From contig JAPLWH010000006.1 of NCBI GenBank assembly GCA_026396715.1, positions 42,850-106,849 on the forward strand: a stretch of 64,000 bases of DNA, given 5' to 3'. The position numbers and the translations under genes were made by a program. Source of the stretch: Candidatus Kaiserbacteria bacterium (GTDB taxonomy: Bacteria > Patescibacteriota > Minisyncoccia > Phycocordibacterales > Phycocordibacteraceae). The notes below the pieces were generated by a model that made no database searches, was not told the DNA's origin, and worked only from the letters and a program-made list of their open reading frames with translations. Below are positions 59,131 through 64,000 of this stretch, in pieces (position 1 is the first letter of the stretch; the number at the start of each line of letters is the position of its first letter).

Positions 59131-59496
59131 TTAAGCAAATTGCATGGTATCGCCGGCGTTGAGATACACGTAGGCCTTGCGACGATCCGAGCGCATGCCC
59201 ATGCCGCGCTTCGTACGCATCGTCTTCGGCTTTCCCTGCAGATTCAGGGTACGGATCTTCCTTGGTGCTACGTTGTAGATCTCTTTGATCGCGCTCGCAA
59301 TCTCGGCCTTCGTCGCGCGCAACGCTACATCAAAGACGTACACGCTCTTCTCGGTCCCGACGAGCGCCTTCTCAGAGAACCACGGCGCGCGAATGATATC
59401 GTGCGCGGCGCCATGTGCCGTCGCCGTCGTGCGGGCGCGACGGACCTGAGAGACTTTCTCCTTCTTTTCTTTCTTTTTGTTGCCGAAAATAGCCAT
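59131..59496 (-). CDS. rplW: 50S ribosomal protein L23 (Lys-rich N-terminal extension)
   Basis: 121 aa; L23 core. Confidence 0.88.
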   Translation of the reverse strand: MAIFGNKKKEKKEKVSQVRRARTTATAHGAAHDIIRAPWFSEKALVGTEKSVYVFDVALRATKAEIASAIKEIYNVAPRKIRTLNLQGKPKTMRTKRGMGMRSDRRKAYVYLNAGDTMQFA

Positions 59497-59501
59497 AGTA
59501 T

Positions 59502-60272
59502 TTATTTAGATTTCGCCTGCCCTGAGCCTGCTCGCGGTGAGCTTGTCGAACCCGTCGAACGGACGCGGGCACTGAGCGCCTTGAACGCCGCCTCCGGCTT
59601 CTCAATGATGAGATACTTGTGCGCGAGTACGTCGACCGGATTAATGTTGCGCAGCTCTTCCGTCATGATATTCCCGAAATTCTTGAAGCTCTTAATCGCC
59701 GCCGCGTCGTAGGCGGAAAGTGCGACGAGCGCGGCATTCTTCTTCTTTGCGACGAGCTTCTCGGCCTTTGCCCCCTTTGCGAGCGCGATGATAGATGCTT
59801 TTGCGAGCGACGTCTTCGGCGCTGCGAAAGAGAAGGTGTCAACCAAGATGATCTCGCCGTCCTTTGCCTTCTTCGAGAGGACCGAGAGGAGAGCACCGAT
59901 GCGCATCTTGCGGTTGATCTTCTCACTGTAGTCGCGCTCGGAGCGCGGACCGAAGGTCACGCCGCCGTGGCGCCAGATCGGAGAACGGTTGGAGCTGTGA
60001 CGCGCCTGGCCAGTACCCTTCTGCTTCCATGGCTTCTTGCCGCCGCCCGACACTTCGGCACGGTCTTTCGTATTGGCGCGGTTCTGACGTGCATTTGCTT
60101 GCATCGCGGTCGTAACCTGGTGCACAAGGTCACTCCTCCATGGTGCGCCGAAGATATCTTCGGGAAGCGTCATCATCGAAACCTCTTTTCCTTCCATAGA
60201 GAAGACTGGCACCTCGATTGGTACGTAAGCAACTTTCTTTTTCATGATCTTTGCAGTAGTCATAGTATTCAA
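59502..60272 (-). CDS. rplD: 50S ribosomal protein L4 with C-terminal extension
   Basis: 256 aa; GGGKKPWKQKGTGQAR motif. Confidence 0.9.
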   Translation of the reverse strand: MNTMTTAKIMKKKVAYVPIEVPVFSMEGKEVSMMTLPEDIFGAPWRSDLVHQVTTAMQANARQNRANTKDRAEVSGGGKKPWKQKGTGQARHSSNRSPIWRHGGVTFGPRSERDYSEKINRKMRIGALLSVLSKKAKDGEIILVDTFSFAAPKTSLAKASIIALAKGAKAEKLVAKKKNAALVALSAYDAAAIKSFKNFGNIMTEELRNINPVDVLAHKYLIIEKPEAAFKALSARVRSTGSTSSPRAGSGQAKSK

Positions 60273-60273
60273 A

Positions 60274-60888
60274 TTATGCGGAGACTACTTCAAGAAGCGT
60301 ACCGCGGCGACCAGGCACCGCACCACTGACGATGATCCTCCCTGCGGCAACATCGACCACGAGTACCTTGAGGTTCGTGACGGTTATGCGATCCGTACCC
60401 ATACGGCCGGCCATGCGCATACCTTTTGCGACGCGACCGCCCGCGCGACCGCCGCCGCCGCCAATCGATCCCGGAGAGCGCTCCGTGTGCTTCTGACCGT
60501 GCGTGCGCGGGCCGCCATGGAAGCCATGGCGCTTCACCACACCAGCGAAGCCCTTACCTTTCGAGAGGCCCGAAACCTGCACCGTGTCGCCAACCGAGAA
60601 GACCGACGCGTCAATCGTTGCACCGACCTCGGCAGCAGTATCGGTGCGGAACTCGCGGATAGCCTTGTAACCCTTACCTTTCGTGTGTCCGAGTACCGGC
60701 TTGCTGATGTTCTTCGTCCTGCGTACGCCCTGTCCGACCTGCACCGCCGCATAGCCGTCCTTGCCCGCAGCCGTCTTTATCTGAGTGACGGTAACCGGGT
60801 CAGCCACGAGGATAGTTCCCGCGCGCGCAACGCCGTCTTCCCCGAAGATACGGGTCATACCTTCTTTTGTAGCGAGGATGAATTTCAT
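60274..60888 (-). CDS. rplC: 50S ribosomal protein L3
   Basis: Start MKFILATKEGMTRIF; upstream extension rejected. Confidence 0.9.
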   Translation of the reverse strand: MKFILATKEGMTRIFGEDGVARAGTILVADPVTVTQIKTAAGKDGYAAVQVGQGVRRTKNISKPVLGHTKGKGYKAIREFRTDTAAEVGATIDASVFSVGDTVQVSGLSKGKGFAGVVKRHGFHGGPRTHGQKHTERSPGSIGGGGGRAGGRVAKGMRMAGRMGTDRITVTNLKVLVVDVAAGRIIVSGAVPGRRGTLLEVVSA

Positions 60889-61027
60889 TTTTTTAAAAGC
60901 AAATCGCGCAACAGCAAATCGCGTTGCGCGAGATGCCATAGGTCCTCCGTGAGATGCCGCGAAGTGGCTATCTCTCTAGGGTACGTAGCTTTAAGGGCAC
61001 TCTACACGAGCCGTCCAAAAGATGCAA

Positions 61028-61065
61028 GAAAAGCGAAACCGCCCCGTAAGGGGCGGTTTCGCTTT
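61028..61065. terminator. Perfect 17-bp hairpin between rpsJ and rplC with A/T-run flanks
   Basis: aaaagcgaaaccgcccc gtaa ggggcggtttcgctttt. Confidence 0.7.
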
Positions 61066-61104
61066 TCTTGGCAGTCTTTGTTAAAGCCTTCGACTTCGCT
61101 CAGG

Positions 61105-61512
61105 CTAAACCATCTTTACGTCAATCGTCACGCCGGAAGGGAGATTGAGGTTCGTGAGGGCCTCGATTACCTTCGGCGAGGGATTCAAGATGTCGACGAG
61201 GCGCTTATGAATGCGCATTTCGAACTGCTCGCGTGCATCTTTGTAGACGAACGTCGAGCGGTTCACTGTCCAGCGCTTGATCTCGGTAGGAAGCGGAACC
61301 GGACCGACGACGGTCGCATCGAAGCGAGCGGCGGTGTCCATGATCTGCTTCACGGAGAGATCGAGAATTTTGTGCTCATAGGCGCGGATGCGGATGCGGA
61401 GTTTGTGTTCCGTTGGAACGGCCGCGGTCGCTTTCTTCGTGACGCGCTTGCCCTCCGTAGCTTTAGCGGAGGAGGGTTTCGCTTTCGGTTTTGCTGCTGT
61501 CGCTGGTGCCAT
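61105..61512 (-). CDS. rpsJ: 30S ribosomal protein S10 with Ala/Lys-rich N-terminal extension
   Basis: S10 core KLRIRIRAYEHKILD. Confidence 0.9.
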   Translation of the reverse strand: MAPATAAKPKAKPSSAKATEGKRVTKKATAAVPTEHKLRIRIRAYEHKILDLSVKQIMDTAARFDATVVGPVPLPTEIKRWTVNRSTFVYKDAREQFEMRIHKRLVDILNPSPKVIEALTNLNLPSGVTIDVKMV

Positions 61513-61538
61513 ATGAGTAGGGATTCTCGGATGAGAGC

Positions 61539-62738
61539 TTACGCCGTAATCTTTGTTACGACGCCAGCGCCCACCGTCTTGCCGCCTTCGCGGATAGCGA
61601 AGCGCTGCTGTTCCTCAAGCGCGACCGGAGCAACGAGCTTTACCATGAAGGTAACCGTGTCTCCCGGCATGACCATCTCCTTACCCTCCGCGAGCGTTAC
61701 CTCGCCCGTCACGTCCGTCGTGCGGATGTAGAACTGCGGCTTGTATCCGGAAAAGAATGGCGTGTGACGGCCTCCTTCGTCCTTGGAGAGGATGTAGACC
61801 TCGGCGTTGAAGTCCGTATGCGGCGTGACCGATCCGCTCTTCGCGAGGACCTGTCCGCGGTGCACATCTTCCTTCTTCGTACCGCGGAGCAAGATGCCGG
61901 CATTGTCGCCCGCCATACCCTCAGTAAGCTGCTTGTTAAACATTTCGATGCCGGTAACGGTCGTCTTCGCCGTCGGCTTGATACCGACGATTTCGACTTC
62001 CTCGCCAACCTTCACGACACCGCGCTCGATACGGCCGGTAACGACGGTACCGCGACCTTCGATCGAGAAGATGTCTTCGATCGGCATGAGGAACGGCTTG
62101 TTGACCTCGCGCTCTGGCTGGTCGAAGTACGTGTCCATCGTGTCGATGAGGCTCTTGACCTTCTGTGCCCATTCGTCGCTGACTTCCTTCGACTCAAGCG
62201 CCTTGAGGCCCGAACCGCGGATAATCGGCGTCGATGCACCGTCGTAGCCCTGCTTCGTGAGAAGCTCGCGGATTTCCTCTTCGACGAGGTCGATGAGGTC
62301 TGCCTCGGCTACCATGTCCACCTTGTTCAAGAAGACGATGAGCTTCTTAAGACCCACCTGCTTCGCAAGGAGGATGTGCTCGCGCGTCTGCGGCATCACG
62401 CCGTCAGTCGCAGCAACCACGAGGACTGCACCGTCCATTTGGGCGGCACCCGTGATCATGTTCTTGATGTAGTCAGCGTGTCCTGGCGCATCGATGTGCG
62501 CGTAGTGACGCTTTGGGGACTCGTACTCCGAGTGGTGGAGCGCGATAGTGATACCACGCGCCTTCTCTTCCGGTGCGCTGTCAATTTTGTCGACGCCTTC
62601 GACGCGAGCTGAGTAGCCCTCGCCAGTGAGCATCGAGAGCACATGCAGGATACCTGCGGTGAGCGTCGTCTTTCCATGGTCCACGTGGCCGATGGTGCCG
62701 ACATTCATGTGCGGCTTGCTGCGGTTAAATTCTGCCAT
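61539..62738 (-). CDS. tuf: Elongation factor Tu
   Basis: 399 aa; [15 protein letters not shown], NKxD. Confidence 0.97.
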   Translation of the reverse strand: MAEFNRSKPHMNVGTIGHVDHGKTTLTAGILHVLSMLTGEGYSARVEGVDKIDSAPEEKARGITIALHHSEYESPKRHYAHIDAPGHADYIKNMITGAAQMDGAVLVVAATDGVMPQTREHILLAKQVGLKKLIVFLNKVDMVAEADLIDLVEEEIRELLTKQGYDGASTPIIRGSGLKALESKEVSDEWAQKVKSLIDTMDTYFDQPEREVNKPFLMPIEDIFSIEGRGTVVTGRIERGVVKVGEEVEIVGIKPTAKTTVTGIEMFNKQLTEGMAGDNAGILLRGTKKEDVHRGQVLAKSGSVTPHTDFNAEVYILSKDEGGRHTPFFSGYKPQFYIRTTDVTGEVTLAEGKEMVMPGDTVTFMVKLVAPVALEEQQRFAIREGGKTVGAGVVTKITA

Positions 62739-62794
62739 AATTATCGAATTACGTTAGTAAATCACGAATAAAGAGGATTCTTACGAACCTCTTC

Positions 62795-62856
62795 CTGTCA
62801 TCGCTCGCTCGGAAAAGATAATGAGGACATTCTCTTTTCACTTGCTCGCTCGACAG
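62795..62856. repeat. Intergenic repeat element copy B: TCGCTCGCTCGG – imperfect hairpin – TGCTCGCTCGACAG
   Basis: gaaaagataatg agga cattctcttttc with flanking CTCGCTCG direct repeats and ctgtca/cgacag outer inverted ends. Confidence 0.5.
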
Positions 62857-62994
62857 TAATCCGACGCGAGTCGGAACAAACTCTACAGCTTGCCGACTCA
62901 CAAAAAGCAGACAAGCCAAAGAGCGACGCCAAGATGCGTTAAAGGCACTATACGAGAAGCGTCTGTGGAATGCAACCTGCAGCGGGGACAAGGG

Positions 62995-63040
62995 AAAGAA
63001 AACCGCCGCAGCCAGGAGGCTGCGGCGGTTTTCTTTTGTG
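62995..63040. terminator. Bidirectional terminator in fusA–tuf intergenic region
   Basis: gaaaaccgccgcagcc agga ggctgcggcggttttctttt. Confidence 0.75.
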
Positions 63041-63077
63041 AAAAGTTATTTGCGAGACGCGATGATGTCGGCGGCGA

Positions 63078-63116
63078 CCCCATTAGAAACGCTCGCCGAC
63101 TCACGTTCTAACGGGG
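63078..63116. repeat. Hairpin with CCCaTTAGAA / TTCTAACGGGG arms immediately downstream of fusA stop
   Basis: cccattagaaacg ctcgccgactca cgttctaacgggg. Confidence 0.45.
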
Positions 63117-63140
63117 CGTGCGTTGTTCGGTGTAGTTATC

Positions 63141-64000
63141 TTATTTGCGGCTTGCAATAATATCTGCTGCCACATTATTAGGAACTGTATCGTAATGGTC
63201 GAATTCCATCGTCATCGAACCGCGACCTTCAGTCATCGAGCGGAGTGTCGTGGTGTAGCCGAACATCTCGGAGAGCGGCACTTTGGCATTCACGACCTTG
63301 TTCATGCCGCGTTCCTCCATACCCTCAATCTGCGCACGCTTGCCCGAAAGATTTCCGGTAATGTCGCCCATGAATTTGTCCGGCACGACAACTTCGATAC
63401 GCATGACCGGTTCGAGGATGACCGGCTTCGCCCTCTGCGCCGCTTCCTTGAACGCCATCGATGCGGCGATCTTGAATGCTATTTCGGAGGAGTCCACGTC
63501 GTGGAACGATCCGTCGTAGAGGTCGATCGAGACATCGACCATCGGGAAGCCCGCGAGGAAACCGCGTGACATCGATTCGCGCATACCCTTCTCCACTGCT
63601 GGGATGTATTCCTGAGGGATCGCGCCGCCTTTGATGCTGTTGATGAATTCGAAGTGGTCCTCACGCGTAATGTTCTTGGAGATCTTAGCGCCCTCCTCGA
63701 TCGGCTCCATCTTCTTCATCTTGATCTTCACGTGGCCGTACTGACCGCGACCGCCGGTCTGCTTAATGTACTTCCCTTCTGCTTCAGCAGAACCAAGAAT
63801 CGTCTCGCGATACGCCACCTGCGGCTTCCCTACGTCTGCAACGACATTGAACTCGCGCTTCATACGGTCGACGAGAATTTCAAGATGCAGTTCACCCATG
63901 CCGGAAATAATAGTCTCGCCCGTCTCTTCGTCAGTCTTGATGCGGAAGGTTGGGTCTTCGTCCGCGAGCTTTCTGAGCGCGACGCCCATTTTCTCCTGGT
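63141..64000 (-). CDS. fusA: Elongation factor G (C-terminal part; gene continues beyond window)
   Basis: EF-G domains IV–V sequence ([11 protein letters not shown]...), ORF open at window edge. Confidence 0.93.
   Translation of the reverse strand, partial: QEKMGVALRKLADEDPTFRIKTDEETGETIISGMGELHLEILVDRMKREFNVVADVGKPQVAYRETILGSAEAEGKYIKQTGGRGQYGHVKIKMKKMEPIEEGAKISKNITREDHFEFINSIKGGAIPQEYIPAVEKGMRESMSRGFLAGFPMVDVSIDLYDGSFHDVDSSEIAFKIAASMAFKEAAQRAKPVILEPVMRIEVVVPDKFMGDITGNLSGKRAQIEGMEERGMNKVVNAKVPLSEMFGYTTTLRSMTEGRGSMTMEFDHYDTVPNNVAADIIASRK

Noticed and set aside
60244-61731. 495-aa plus-strand ORF
   Set aside because: Antisense to rplC/rpsJ and spacer; no motif; typical GC-rich shadow ORF
61764-62612. 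282-aa plus-strand ORF
   Set aside because: Antisense to tuf

Overview
This is a 64 kb chromosomal window of about 60% GC with no rRNA genes or CRISPR arrays. It is gene-dense, mostly on the minus strand, and uses the standard genetic code. The right third (51.5-64 kb) is the conserved secY–r-protein–tuf–fusA ribosomal/translation cluster, with adk, map and ndk following at 47.7-50.3 kb. L30 is missing between S5 and L15, and several r-proteins carry low-complexity extensions, which is consistent with a Candidate Phyla Radiation / Patescibacteria-like bacterium. The left part holds gatCA, ligA, and one contiguous type IV pilus/competence locus at 4.4-16.6 kb. That locus encodes four minor pilins, PilD, two tandem major pilins, PilC, PilT, a CheY-like regulator, PilB, PilPON-like proteins and PilM, with ComFC divergent from PilM. 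Further right come tRNA-Ser, gpmA-eno, a MacAB-like ABC efflux module, groESL, secG, a family-5 solute-binding protein and RNase J. An oxidative-damage repair cluster follows at 30.6-37 kb: two HhH-GPD glycosylases, Bcp, VKOR, MsrB, MsrA and an FMN reductase. The most interesting region is a probable defence/accessory island at 37-43 kb, inserted between the FMN reductase and infC-rpmI-rplT. It carries a PolB-like 3'-5' exonuclease and a single-polypeptide MmeI-family Type IIL restriction-modification enzyme with a probable leaderless promoter. It also carries a DUF2188 gene and an XRE-HTH+Panacea (DUF4065) antitoxin-like gene whose promoter is overlapped by an operator palindrome. That gene overlaps a RelE/HigB-like toxin candidate, which is in turn translationally coupled to a secreted PLD(HKD)-nuclease fused to an OB-fold. 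Other notable signals are the CCCGTTAGAA/TTCTAACGGG palindromic motif recurring at five or more intergenic sites, and a GCTCGCTCGG-flanked hairpin repeat family. Strong bidirectional terminators lie inside the S10 operon, with a candidate antisense sRNA between rplB and rpsS, and an inverted copy of the tRNA-Ser 3' end sits next to the tRNA. A compact promoter–operator–small Cys-protein module lies at 30.2-30.6 kb. All calls rest on motif recognition in the supplied translations; no database searches were run.
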